DNA of 64,000 nt. It comes from Catajapyx aquilonaris (Eukaryota). The stretch covers positions 62,001 through 126,000 of the forward strand of contig JYFJ02000469.1 of the NCBI GenBank assembly GCA_000934665.2, in the 5' to 3' direction. Below are positions 42,201-54,400 of this stretch, one piece after another. The translations under genes and the position numbers were made by a program. The notes below the pieces were generated by a model. That model saw only the letters and a list, made by a program, of their open reading frames with translations. It did no database searches and was not told where the DNA came from. Each line of letters opens with the position of its first letter. Positions within the stretch are counted from its first letter, which is position 1.

Positions 42201-45200
42201 ATTACCATGCTCCATTTGTGGCCAGCTCTGGTGGCCATAACTGGAGCACTCTAAGCACCACTTGTGGCCACAAATGACCAAAGTCACAATTTGATGAAAA
42301 ATATGGCAAACCTAGATAGCCATGATAAATTATGAGAATGCTGATTACAATCAACAATAATCTGATGTTATTTTATCCATGAATTGAAAGTGTTATGATA
42401 AAATACTATATTACAGGTTGGGTTGGATTTGGATTTCTAAGGGGCATTCCAATTTATCCCGTCTGATATTCTGACGGTAATAATAATAAAGGAGCAATTG
42501 ATTGGGCACCTTTTCCACTCATTGTTCCTGCTAGGAAGTGACATTTCTGTCTTGGAGAATCCAGCTTGTGTATGAGGGTCATTCAAATGAAAACGAGCCA
42601 AGGTCATAGGCATAGCAATTGTCAAATGGGATTCTCATGGCATCTTCTACCCAAAACTAGGGTGGTACTGCTGTAGCATTGCAGTGTTATGGCACACTGA
42701 GTATTCAGGATCCAGCCCCCGCCCCATCAAAAACACAGTCCAGTCAGACATGCTGGCAACTTTGAGAAGCGAGCAGTAAGTTAATTAGTTTTTAATCCAC
42801 GGAAGGTGTCAGGAGTGCAAAAATTCACCATAAGAGTACTGTACGGTGTACAAAAGCTGTATGGCTTTGTCACAAGTTAGAGCCTGGAGTAAGTGGTTTG
42901 CTTGCCCTGGCCTGGAATCACCAGCCAACGATGGCTGCCCCTCTTGGAACCCCTTACTCCAGGCTGTAACACGTGATCAAATCAAAATCTCCTAGTGCAT
43001 CATAACACACTACAGCAGTACCACCTTCGTTTTGTGTGGAAGATGCCATGAGAAACCCAATCTGACGTTTGCTATGAACCTTGGATTGGTTTCATTTAAA
43101 TGATCCTTACACAATACCAATGAAACAGCATTTGCAAAAGTCCAAAGAAGTCACAAATTAGTGTCTGAAAGCAGTGGCAGTAGCACCATTGTTGATAAAC
43201 TCATGTGACAAATGTCACAAGAGGTGATGATGGCATTAATTTTGTCCTTTTGGGAATAAATTAACAGATTTTGGGGGAAAATACGCAGGTGGCCAGAACC
43301 GGTGCGTGGCATGGCCAGAACTGGTGCAGGGGTGGCCAGAACTGGTACTATCAGTCCACCAAGAATTGGATATAGCGGCAGCGCATGAACTACAGTTATG
43401 AGCACTTCCGTGGGGAGAAGTCAATGGAGAAGTGCTCGTAGACTGTAGTTCGTGCGCTGCCACTACAACAATTCTTGGTGGACTGATAGTGCATTTTGCC
43501 ATTTTTTTTATGGAAGCTTTTTTTTTGGAAATTAAAATGTTCAGATATAATTATTGTGTATCAGTAGATTACCAGTTAAATTGCTCTCACCATCAATACA
43601 TTGATCTACCTGCACGAACTTTCAATTCAAAGTTATGAATTTTCAAAGACAGAATTTCTCTAAACGTGGCCACAACCGGTACAACCACCCTATCCCAAGT
43701 AAAACTTCAGTTCCAATTTTTCTCATTCAACTTTATTGCAATAAATGAATTATTATCTACTAATAAATTAAGATCACAGTATATCCCCTCTCCCTCTACA
43801 TTAAAATACTGCCTTACAATTTATATTATTTTACCTAAGGCATTAAAGCATTGGAATGGAAGGAATAAGTTAATGGTTCATTTGCATCTTGTACAGTTAC
43901 AGTAGTAATTGCAAAGAGCAGTCATGGTGAACATCTCACATGCCATAGGATTAGTATTCAATGCACAACAATTTCAGTCACAGTGCTCGCTAAATATATC
44001 AGGCACAATTGGTGATACAGCATAACTTCTAGTCTTGTTATAAATGCTCTGAAAACCTTGCTGCATGAAACACCTCTAAATACTTGAACAAGGAGACTGG
44101 TGAATGACGATAAAAAATGGCTGCTAAAAATTATTTTGAATGTTTTATGCATGCAATTTCATCAGTCCACTTTAATATTACAAATTCTGCAAGCATCAAC
44201 TATTCAAAGTTCACTTTCATTGAGTATCAAAAGACACAATACAAAATTCTGGCTGATATGTCAAAATACCTGGCAGTTTATCATTAACCGTGAGCTCTGT
44301 AAGGCTGGTTTCAGTCTACTGATATATTACACAAACTCTCCAAAAACCAGAACAATAGGATTCTTGGGCAGAATTTAGGAAGACATATCAAATATTTGGT
44401 CATAGAGAGAAGGAATCACAAGTCTCTCCTGTAAACTATTTTACTACATATTCTGAATAAAATTTATAAAATTTTAACTTGAAAATGCAGTCATGCAGAG
44501 ATCCCACTTTAGGAAAGCATTGCTCAATTATTGCCATGCCAATGGTGCAGAGGGCAACCTATGACTAGAATGTATAAAAAAAAGGAACCTTATTCCCTGA
44601 CAAAAGGAAAGAACATGCGGCAGGTGAATTTTTCTCATGACTGCTGTCACCGAGGCACCACTTGGAAGTATGCTGAAACACACTCTACAAGTGTCCTACA
44701 AGGCAAACATTCACCTGCTCCTGGTGCCTAAGCTGGACCTCCACTTTTTTCCGGGCGAAAACCTCTTGCATCTCGGCCTCCCTACGACCAAAGCGGTCTT
44801 CCAGGTGGCACCGTAGACGTCTGATGGCTGCAGTGTGCACTTCCTCCATTTCCGCCTGAAGAGAATTCAACTTGGCCAGATGAGCATTCTCCAAGTGCAA
44901 TTGGATCGAGGACACTGCATCTTCACGTTCCAGGTTGAAGGAAGCTTCCCTGGATGATGACTCAACCTGTCATGGGAAAGAAAAAGTAGATCATTGGTTT
45001 GTCATGTAGAGCACTACTTCTAGTCATTACAGTTTACTTTCAATAGAAAAATCAAATGTCTAAAATCAAATTCTGTCATAATTTCTACCAAAATGATGAG
45101 TAGGCTAAACATGTCCAGTCTACCTGAACGGGTGGATCATTCAGTTATATGACACATAACAGAGCGAATCTGACTTGGTGTTACAAAAGTTGGATATAAC

Positions 45201-47444
45201 AAGATTACCTTCTGCTGTCGGAGGTCAACTTCACATCGCTTCAGAGCTAGCTCCTTGTTCTTGAGCTCAGCCTGAAGAGCAGCCCTCTGTCTCACCAACT
45301 CCTCCTCTCTCTCCCTGAGACGTGCCTCAATCTCTGCCAAACTTCTCTCCAGCTCGCTCTTCTGCCGCCCCAACTCCACCTCCATCGTCTCCCTCTCCAT
45401 CAGTTGATGTTCGAGGGCCTGCATCTTCAGATCTGCCTCATGAAGCCTCTGCCTCTCAGCACCCAGCTTTTCCTCTAGCTCTGCCCTCTCTTGAGCCTTC
45501 TGACTTAACACTTCCTTTTGTTGGCGAAGAACCTCCTCCATGGCCCCCTTGTCACCAATCAGGTCTGCAAACATGGCTTGACGTTCCTGCTGCAGTTCTA
45601 ACTCTTTAAGGAGTTCATCGCGCTGGCGGCGCAGTTCAGAGTCCCCATGACTTCTTGCCTGTTCAAGTGCCTGGCGCAGAGCAAGGTTCTCTTCGCGCAG
45701 TTGTTCAATTACCTCCATCAACTCTTCCTTCAGTGACACTTTTGTGGATGGGACATCTTCCCTCCGCTTCAGGTGTGCCAGAGCCAAATCTTTCTTAGCC
45801 TGGGTAAGCTCCTGATTCAGGCGCTTCTGCTCTTCCCAGGCCCGGTTCAGTTGTGTTCGTAGCTGCCCTTGCTCTCGTCTGATGGCTTCTCCCTGACGCT
45901 CATAAGCCTCGCATGCTACTTTCAGCTGGTTAGCCTTCTGTTCCACCAGGCGACGACCATCTTCTTCAACAACCAGCTTCTCCTTCAACAAGCGCACCTC
46001 CTGTTGGCGGGCAGATAGTTCTACAATTGCATCATCAGATTCAAGTTCGGCTAACTGAGCCTCAAAGGTTGACTGTTGCTGAGTTAATAGTGACTTAATC
46101 TGCAAATTGCTTTCTAGCAGAGATTTGTTGTGCAACTCCAGTTCTTGGATGTGAAGACACATGTTGTCACTACGGGCCTCAACTTCCGACCTGTCATGCT
46201 GCGAAGCAGTCAGCTGTGACCTTTCTGACCTCAGTGCGTCACACTCTTTAGCCAACATGACCTTTTCCTCATCTGATGCCTTCAAGGACACTTCAAGCTC
46301 TTTGTTGCGTACTTCAAGGGCATCCAGTTCTGCCTGCACAGCTACCCGTTCACGCTCAAGACTTTCAGCACGTTCCATCCAGACGTAAGCACTAAACAAG
46401 GCTGGCTCTCCCTCAATACTGTGAGCCCGTTTGCATCGTTTTGGTGAGCTAATCCCTTGCTCAGCTAAATCAGCCTCATCCTCAAACTCAACAGTTACAA
46501 CTGCTGGATCCTGCCGTGCCTTCCGCAAGACACTGATTTTAGAATGCAGGTGTGCTATCTCGTTCTCCATATCTGCCTTCTCTGAGACTGCCTCATGCTT
46601 CTCCATCTCCCGCCTAGTTTCCAGGGCAGACAACTGCTCCCGAAGAAGCTGGCACTCTCTCACAGTTGTGTCCAAGGCTTTAGCTTTGTCAGCTGTTTCT
46701 AGAGTAAACCTCTGGACTGACTGCTCCATGGCTATGGCATGATTCTTAAGGGAAAGATATTCAGCAGGGCTAACCCCAGTGGCCCACTGCTGTCCCTGAA
46801 GGAGCTCGGAGGCTGCCTGCATCTGCCGGCGAAGAAGGTCCACTTCTTGGGTCAACTCCTCCGCTTGCATTTGCTGACTTGACTTTTCTTCCAGGCTCTT
46901 CTTCAGGGACTGGGACAGCTGGGCAATTAAGGCATCACGCTGGACTAATGCATCTTGAAACTCATGCATCTGTAAGGAAAAATTTTAATCACCTTAATGA
47001 TAACGTGGCATAGAAATGACAGGAGTCAATTGGGATAAAAAAAATATTTTAATATCCTTTCCAATCAGCACCTAGTTTCAAAATGCAACTTTTAAACTGG
47101 GCCATCATTATTCAATGCATCATTAAGAACTATTCAGTACAATCCAAAGACTGGAGCACTTCCATTAGTAATTACTAAACATTAATTATGAAATAAATAG
47201 AAATGGTAAGAAAATAACTTATATAGAACTTTCATTTCGAATTATTGTACTGTCATTCTACACAGTGCAGCATAATAAAAATATTTACATAGAAATAATT
47301 CAGAGAAATAATTCATAATAATTGTGCAACATTTTAGTGTCCACTGTTCTGATATTGCCTTGACCCTAATCATGCAAAAAAAACACGCTAATCATTCCTT
47401 ATAAATTTCTCTATGGATTTATCTCCTGCATCCGTATTGCACCA

Positions 47445-47510
<66 letters not shown>

Positions 47511-49916
47511 CCGGGTAGTGCTCGACCTCATCAGAGGTATGTAACACAGACATTTATTATGTCTTGTACATTTTTATTGGAACCTTTTTATGTAACGCCC
47601 GGGCCCATGGGCAGGATGACAGAAGGGGATGTGCAAAGTGCAGTGCAATGTCGTCGGTGTGGTCATTTTGTGAACTCCCCGGGTGGATTTGTCTACGGGA
47701 ATCCACCCGAGACAAAGCCAGAGATGGCCCAACTCTGCATAAGATGAAAGGGGGAATCCTGGCCTGTGATCGAACCCGGGACCTTAACATCTGTGGGCGC
47801 CTTGTATTGCACCAATTGACAAGCTAAGACCACTTATAAAAATAGCATGAGCTGAATTTGCTCTGGCAGTAGGCTGCTCATAAATCCAAAACGCATACTT
47901 ACTCGTTTGTTGTAATCTTCTATCCTGTTTCTGTACTCCATTTCTCTGGATACATTTGGTTCTCCTCCTCCTAAGTGATGCAGGTTCTCCACCTCCACCT
48001 TCAGAGCTTCTATCATGGACACTTTTGAGCTGAGGGCATCCTCCAGCTCTAGCACCCTCTGCCTGGCCAGCTTCAGTTCTAATGAGGCATGATGCTCCAG
48101 TAAAGCCTCATTGTTGTTAGATGTTGCACACTAAAACAGTGCAAGTTGACATTAACTGATGACAAGATCATTCACAAATTGAAGGTGACAAAGTGCAAAG
48201 TTCAGCTTTGTAACAGATAACTAACAGGATGCTGTGTCATAATAATTGCTTTCTCTCCTAACCTGCATAATTTCATCACCTATCTCTGGAGAGGTTCAGG
48301 TACCATTATAATGATATATCATGCAACTACTCACAATAAGCTATTGACATTTAAAAGCAGCACACATCAACACAAATTAAATCACTATACAACAGAGAAT
48401 TTCACCTACCCATACATGCCATCCATGGACAAGCTATAAACATTATAAATATTTTAGTCCAAAGGTAACATCAAAAGTTCTCAGACAAGTTAACATCTGG
48501 TTTCAATGTACTTACAAAAAAAAGGTGTTCAAACAACTATCATAATCAACAAAGGTTTCATTTTGAAAATATATCCAGCACCACCTAGAATACCAGTACT
48601 CAATAAGGCGTCCCTACTCAGGTGTGTGGCATCAACATTGGTATGTCCACTTTCAGTAGGCCTAATTGTATTAGGATTATGGCTTATGACTACCAGTCTT
48701 TTTGAAAAAATTAATCTTCATCATCATCATCATCGTCATCATCAGCAACATCACGACATTTCCCTATGAGGGGTAGTCAGCAATGAAGGGAGATGCAAGC
48801 TAACCCAACATATGAACTAATAATTAAAACTCGTAAAAATAAACCTACAAACAACCCGTCCCACCCCCCACCCCTGCCCACCTCAGACGACAGACACTCA
48901 ATATTAAATTTAAATATTACACTATGCAATACGGTACTTCGCCAAAACAACCCCCCTCCCCCCNGCCACCACCCACTACTCCGGACGCCCTAAATTAATC
49001 TTAATCAATCTTCAAAGCAAATAATATACAAGGTGGTACAACTGGCCAAATTAACAAGCCAAGATTGGCCAGGACGATGGATGGGTCTCTCAGGGAAATT
49101 GCAAATGAAGTCCACATTCAAATGGCAGTCACAAATCGAGGTTTGCGTTGACATGGGACTTGGTCACCTATTTTAGAATCATGCAGTCTATTGTCAGCAT
49201 AACGCAGGCACATAGAGTGGACACTTTTTGTGTTAAACTATTTACAAAGTAATTTCTTCAATCATTATCAGATGAATGCAACTACTCTACAATCAAGACC
49301 ATTTCAGTGGCCATCTGGGTGGCAACTAGATGGAATCGGGACTGGCTGTGGAAAGATGGTTAAGAAATCTATTTGCCAATAATTTAATGCGAACCGCATT
49401 CACTATAAGTGCTTCACACCGATGCAAACCTTGAATGGGGACTGTCGTTCTTACCCATACTTAATTTACATTTGTTTCATGTCTTTAATCTCTTTAATGA
49501 TTTTATTGCTTGACAATCTGCCCGAGGATTTATTCCATTAACATTTACTATCACAGGACAAGTTGTCAGTACTTCTGTCCAAATGACACTCTTTGCTACA
49601 GAATCATAGCTGTCCCTCTAACAGCTGCCAACATACCGACTCTCCCCCAGCACCAGCAGTTCCGTCCATCATCATGTTTCCTGTCCCCTGCTGACCCCCG
49701 TTGTCGACAGCCTCGTCTACACTGCTTGTTCTGGCCGTCCTCCTGGCCCAATCCTTCCCATCGCCTTCCCCTTTGCTCCTCTTCTTCCTCAGGTACTCTG
49801 TAAACTACAGCCAGACGGTCAAGTGACGTGTCAACCAACCGCCAGTGTTCCACACACACACACTCTACCTTCTGCCTCCCCGACTGGACCTTTCGCTGCC
49901 TGTCCTCCTCCTCCAT
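39260..49916 (-). CDS. AKAP9/pericentrin (PLP)-like long coiled-coil protein, ~995 aa traceable, 3' end uncertain; exons (minus) 49916-49869, 49804-49637, 48130-47903, 46969-45209, 44966-44715, 41727-41608, 41503-41378, 41306-41181, 39415-39260
   Basis: The spliced N-terminus MEEEDRQRKVQSGRQK|FTEYLRKKRSKG resembles the conserved AKAP9/pericentrin start (MEDEERQKKLEAGKAKLAQFRQRK-type, from memory). All eight introns are GT-AG and phase 0 with the frame maintained. The product is E/Q/L/K/R-rich and heptad-like. No PACT domain is seen. Confidence 0.75.
40453..40799. mobile_element. Degenerate inverted-repeat element (old MITE) in intron
   Basis: Nested matching inverted blocks: ttcagccatac/gtatggctgaa, aaagggtagatgt/acatctacaccttt, gaaggcaggtct/agacctgccttc. 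Confidence 0.55.
42571..43110. mobile_element. Mariner-like MITE (~540 bp) with ~130 bp imperfect TIRs, nested in the 41833-43690 element
   Basis: tatgagggtcattcaaatgaaa...tctcatggcatcttc...ggtggtactgctgtag is matched in inverse by ctacagcagtaccacc...gaagatgccatgaga...tttcatttaaatgatcctta. Confidence 0.6.
43347..43490. mobile_element. 144 bp hairpin MITE
   Basis: actatcagtccaccaagaattg...gagcacttc / gaagtgctc...caattcttggtggactgatagt; ~62 bp arms and a 20 bp spacer. Confidence 0.7.
47445..47510. repeat. (AAT)n microsatellite
   Basis: About 22 perfect AAT units. Confidence 0.95.
47445..47833 (-). mobile_element. tRNA-derived SINE with (ATT)n tail, in intron 3 of the coiled-coil gene
   Basis: The minus-strand head has A-box-like TAGCTTGTCAATTGG and B-box-like GGTTCGATCAC (plus 47766-47776). 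An unrelated body follows, ending in an (ATT)n tail (plus-strand AAT run 47445-47510). Confidence 0.65.
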
Positions 49917-51454
49917 GTCCCTCCCTGCATGACTCCCTCAGATAGGCATGTGATGAGAAAGGGGCAGATTCTCTCACAGCAGCATCAACGTTCCAACAGC
50001 TGCCCAACTTCCCCTGAGAGCTCCGTTGAATTGTATTGTCTAACTGGCCTGGCACGGTTTTCTTGTATTTTTAGACGCAAGATGGCGGACAGCAAAGGAA
50101 ATCACTCAAGGTTCGAACGATCCCTCCGCCATTTTTGGTCCAACTCTACAAATTTCCCGCCATTTTCAACACCTTCAAGAACATCCCACTACTTATTCGG
50201 TTAAATGTGTACAAAAACTACTAGTTACAATTGGAGGACCTCGAGGGTTAAACTCGCTCCTAAATCTTAAATAATAATGTAGGGCGTCCACCTGCTATTG
50301 CTGGAATTGTTTCATGTTCCTATAATGCGAATCCTTCCGTGGAAACTGTTCGAATTTGAAGAAAAAAAAAAGAAAGGACACACGATAACATAGTTGTTAG
50401 TAACTTCAATCACACAACTTCACAAGATTAACATGTTCATTTATTGCTCTCTATTTCCCTAATCTGAACCAGCTGAACCGTGGAAGCAACCCGCCTAAAC
50501 TGAAATGAACATTTTCTGACCATTTTCCAGCTGAACACTAATATCTTGCTAATATGCATACAGTATAATCTAGCACACATAGAATTGGCTAGACGTGACT
50601 TTGTCTCTACATCCGGTGACTCATCACCCATAGATTCGCATGTAGGATAACCACATGGAGTGGGAGTATAGCGGGAGCTATGCGGTATGAGCCAATAACT
50701 GGTAGTGGGCTATATTGTATTACACAAGTACTAGTAGTGAAGCCGATTTGACACCAAGGCGAACAATGACCTTCATCACCGCAGACCCCCCCCCCCCCCC
50801 CCNNCCCCCCGATGGTATCTCCACCTTATCGTGGTGGTGGGGTTTGCGTTTCTCCCGTGACCCCAAGAGCTATGCCGGCGGTAGCTTCGTCTACTGTTAG
50901 GGCCACCCAAGCCGGACAGGTCTTTGGGGTATAGGAGACAGACTATAAAAGAGATGCTATATAGTCTTTCCTCTCTTCTTTTTCCTCTTCGTTTCTCTCT
51001 GCATATGTCCCACCTTATTTGAATCTTCTTATAGCCAGATAGCCACAGTTGCTTTGGCTTCTTCCGAATAAACCAAACCATACCACCGCAGACCACAGGC
51101 CTAGAAAAAAGCCAGGTTTTTCTAGTGTATTTTATAATTTTCATTGGAGGCGGCGGGTCACACGACTCGTGTTTGTATACGCGACATTTCTGCAAATACG
51201 ATTTAATCCTTTTTTTTAAAAAAAAAAAAATGCGTTTACAGTACAAACGTCACGTTTCGAACCCCCCCTCCAACATCGCCGGTTTCCCTACTTCACCACA
51301 CTTTAGTACAGGTGTCAGCACGCACCGAAACAAAATCCGCCACGCCAGCCGGCAAGTAAAGCAGCGCTTCCAAGCGGATCCAACCGGAACTACAAAAGCG
51401 CCCGCAAGCAAGCAAAAAAAAGAAAAGTGAAAAAAAAAGATCAGTGTCGCAAAG
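49917..51454. promoter_or_regulatory. Head-to-head (putative bidirectional) promoter region between the coiled-coil gene and Rpn6, with clustered YY1/Pho-like motifs
   Basis: Divergent ATGs at 49916 (-) and 51455 (+). CAAGATGGCGG at 50078-50088, CCGCCATTTT at 50126-50135 and 50157-50166, and AAGATGGCGG overlapping the Rpn6 ATG. Locally CpG-richer than the flanking gene bodies. Confidence 0.55.
50811..50950 (+). mobile_element. 5'-UTR fragment of an RTE-clade (BovB/Expander-like) non-LTR retrotransposon or RTE-related SINE
   Basis: ccaccttatcgtggtgg...gagctatgccgg...tagggccacccaagccggacaggtc resembles, from memory, conserved RTE 5' ends (e.g. BovB GGGCCACCCAAGACGG...GGTC). Preceded by a poly-C run; no ORF follows. 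Confidence 0.55.
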
Positions 51455-54400
51455 ATGGCGGGTGCAGTGATGCTGGAACGCTCGCGTCCTCATTCCTCAT
51501 CGGAGAACGACCCACCCATCGCCCATCTCAACTCTATTCGTGAGTAGTCCAAAGTAGAGTGGAATAGGGGACATGGGCCGCACAGGGGGGCGGCCTAGTG
51601 TTCGATCCGCGTTGCCGGACATTTCCGAGCCCTACTTTTTTTTTTCTTTCCTCTCTTTCCAATGGAGGTGGGGAGGGGGAGGCCCTGGCGTGAGTAAGCC
51701 GAAATTGAAGGGTGAAAATGGTGGGGTGATGCCGCATAAAGTTGCAAGTCACGCTTTTTGGGCCTCTTCGCAAGGGGGGCGGTTGGCCCACGGGTGTGGC
51801 CTCCATCGAATGGGGAAGAGGGAGAGAATGGGAATGACACATTGAAATTTTGCTCAAGGTTGGGATGAAAAAAAGAGTGGGAAGAATGACCTTTCATCGG
51901 AGGGGGGGATGGCGATAAAGGACGTTCGAATAGGCTTGGAACATAGTCGATTAAAATTTATGAGAAATCATAAGTATTGGTGTTGTCATGCGTGGATGTT
52001 TTAAATATCATTGTACTATTGCAGCGTTCACCATGGGGAATCGCATTTGTCTCGGGGATATCCCTACATAAAAATTGTTATATATTAATGATTCGTAATT
52101 TCATATCATTATCGCTATTACTCACGGAATCCCGGTTGAGAAACACTGCTCTGTTGAGTTGCAAGTGACAGGCCATACTTGGCCTTAACAAATGTACCGG
52201 TAGTACATGTGTGGATGTAAAATGTAACTGCACATTTGAATAGCCATTGCAAAGTGCTGCTGTGGTTGTGTGTGAAATAAGTGGAATTGAAGTGTGCCAG
52301 GAGAAAAATTTGCCAAGTCATTGAAAGTTGCTAGTCATGCGCATCATTGGGGGGGTGTAAATTTAACCTGTGGTGTGAACAGTAGCTACTGAACTAGTGC
52401 AGGACTAACGCAGAGCAGTGGAATGCAAATTCTAGATTGTCAGTTTCATGAAGGTAGCCACAGAGGTAGGTGCTAAAATTATAGGGTGCACAATGCACAC
52501 GCTTTATAATAATTATCATTTTCCTACAGGTGAATACATTCTTGATGGATTCGCTTTTATCCATTTGGCCTAAATGACATTTGTTTCTGTTTGGCAGTGG
52601 CGCCTCCACAGTCTCCAATAGATGAAGATGACGATGCCATCAGAAACAAGGAACAAGATATTCTGCAGCAGGGAGAGGCCTACAAGAAAGAAGGAAAGGC
52701 TAAAGGTGAGCCACCCCTGTTATCCTTTTGGCTTTCAAAGGAAAAAAGTAACTGTGCAAAAGTTACCTACATTACGCAGACATTCGGTGCTTTTATAATA
52801 AGAATCTGTATTGACGCTATTGCTGTTAGTTTTCTGTGGCAGCATTGCAAGTGTGAAAAATTCCACAAGAACATCACCACTGCTATTAATCGCGATGAAA
52901 TTTCTTGTTGTAAGGTAGCTATAAGTTTTGATAAGAGATAGTTCTACTAATGCAAAGCTGTAGGCATGATATGCATGCAAAGTACTGATCCATATCATGC
53001 CAGTGGCTACTGGCAATGGATTGATATTGTTTGCCTTTGATAGGAAAGTTTTATTAATATTTGCTTTAGCTTAGCAATCACATAAATTTGGTTGTGGTGA
53101 AAATAACCTTCATGCTTCAAGGATGCACTTGGCATTGTGCCTTAGTGGAGTAACTTTTAGGGCAAATGCCAAATATAGTCCTGTGTCATTTTATTGCTGA
53201 ACTTGCGGGAGACGCCATTTCTCTAATCCTCTTTAAAAATGTGAAGGTTATCATTAATGAGAAGAATACAAAAGTTGGTGCTGTCACTGGAAGTTGGCGC
53301 ACAATGTATTACATACACTCAATTGATTTCTCTGCTTTTGGGACAAGTCTGATTGAAGATTAGGGGTGAAAATATTTTTCCTGTTCAAAATGAAGTGTCT
53401 CTGTCTTGAGTTTGGACAGAGTGGGATTCAGGCACAAGTCATGGTTGGGAATTTGGAAAAGAGGACCACTTTTTGTGAAGATTTTAATTGCAGAATGATT
53501 AGGTGTTGTAAGATTGGTTCAATGATAGCGGTTGACGCAAAATATATTATTAGAGCCATTCACATGATAAAAGTTTTATGATTGGATCATGTTGCAATTG
53601 AGTTTTTAGTTTTAAATGGTTGATGAGTCAACAATTATTCATGACAGTGAACAAAATCGTGATGCTGTCCTTTACCATCGTTGTAGAACTGGGGGAGCTG
53701 ATAAAGCAAACACGGCCATTCCTGAACAGCATTAGCAAGGCAAAGGCAGCCAAGCTGGTGCGTGCTCTTGTGGACATGTTCTTGGACCTGGAGGCTGGGA
53801 TTGGCATTGAAGTACAGCTGTGCCAGGAGTGCATCGAGTGGGCCAAAGCAGAGAAGCGTACCTTCTTGCGCCAGTCCCTTGAAGGCCGCCTCATTGCACT
53901 CTACTTTGACACCAAACACTACGGACAGGCCCTCACTCTCGGATCAGCCTTGCTGAAGGAGCTGAAGAAGCTTGACGACAAAAACCTGCTGGTGGAAGTG
54001 CAACTATTGGAGAGCAAGACTTACCACGCCCTACAGAACTTGCCCAAGGCTCGGGCTGCCCTCACTTCTGCACGCACTACGGCCAATGCCATCTACTGCC
54101 CACCAAAACTGCAAGCTGCACTTGACTTGCAATCTGGGGTTCTGCATGCTGCTGACGAGAGGGACTTCAAGACCGCATACTCATACTTCTATGAGGCGTT
54201 TGAGGGCTATGACAGTGTGGAGAGCCCAAAGGCTCTCACTGCCTTGAAATACATGCTGCTGTCAAAAATAATGCTGAACATGTGAGTCATTCTTCCCATC
54301 AATTTTCTAAAGGGAATTGGGAAATGGATATATGAAATTTTTTGGAATTATTTTCAATGGAAATGAAAACTAGAGCATGCCTTTCTCACCCAGACTTGCA

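Larger units (their letters stand above)
41833..43690. mobile_element. ~1.86 kb non-autonomous DNA transposon with TIRs and TA flanks (Tc1/mariner/pogo-like)
   Basis: TA|gggtggctgtaccagttctggccac ... gtggccacaaccggtacaaccaccc|TA. Internal repeats of the GTGGCCA(G/C)AAC motif occur at ~42178-42275 and 43289-43348. No transposase ORF. Confidence 0.65.

Noticed and set aside
45093..45127. ATGATGA...CTGA box C/D-like pair (also GTGATGA...CTGA at ~39931-40025)
   Set aside because: Both lie antisense to the host gene, the first is too short, and no terminal stems or guide complementarity were recognised.
47760..47833. tRNA-like A/B boxes as a true tRNA gene
   Set aside because: No clean cloverleaf or acceptor stem; followed by a body and (ATT)n tail, so better explained as a SINE head.
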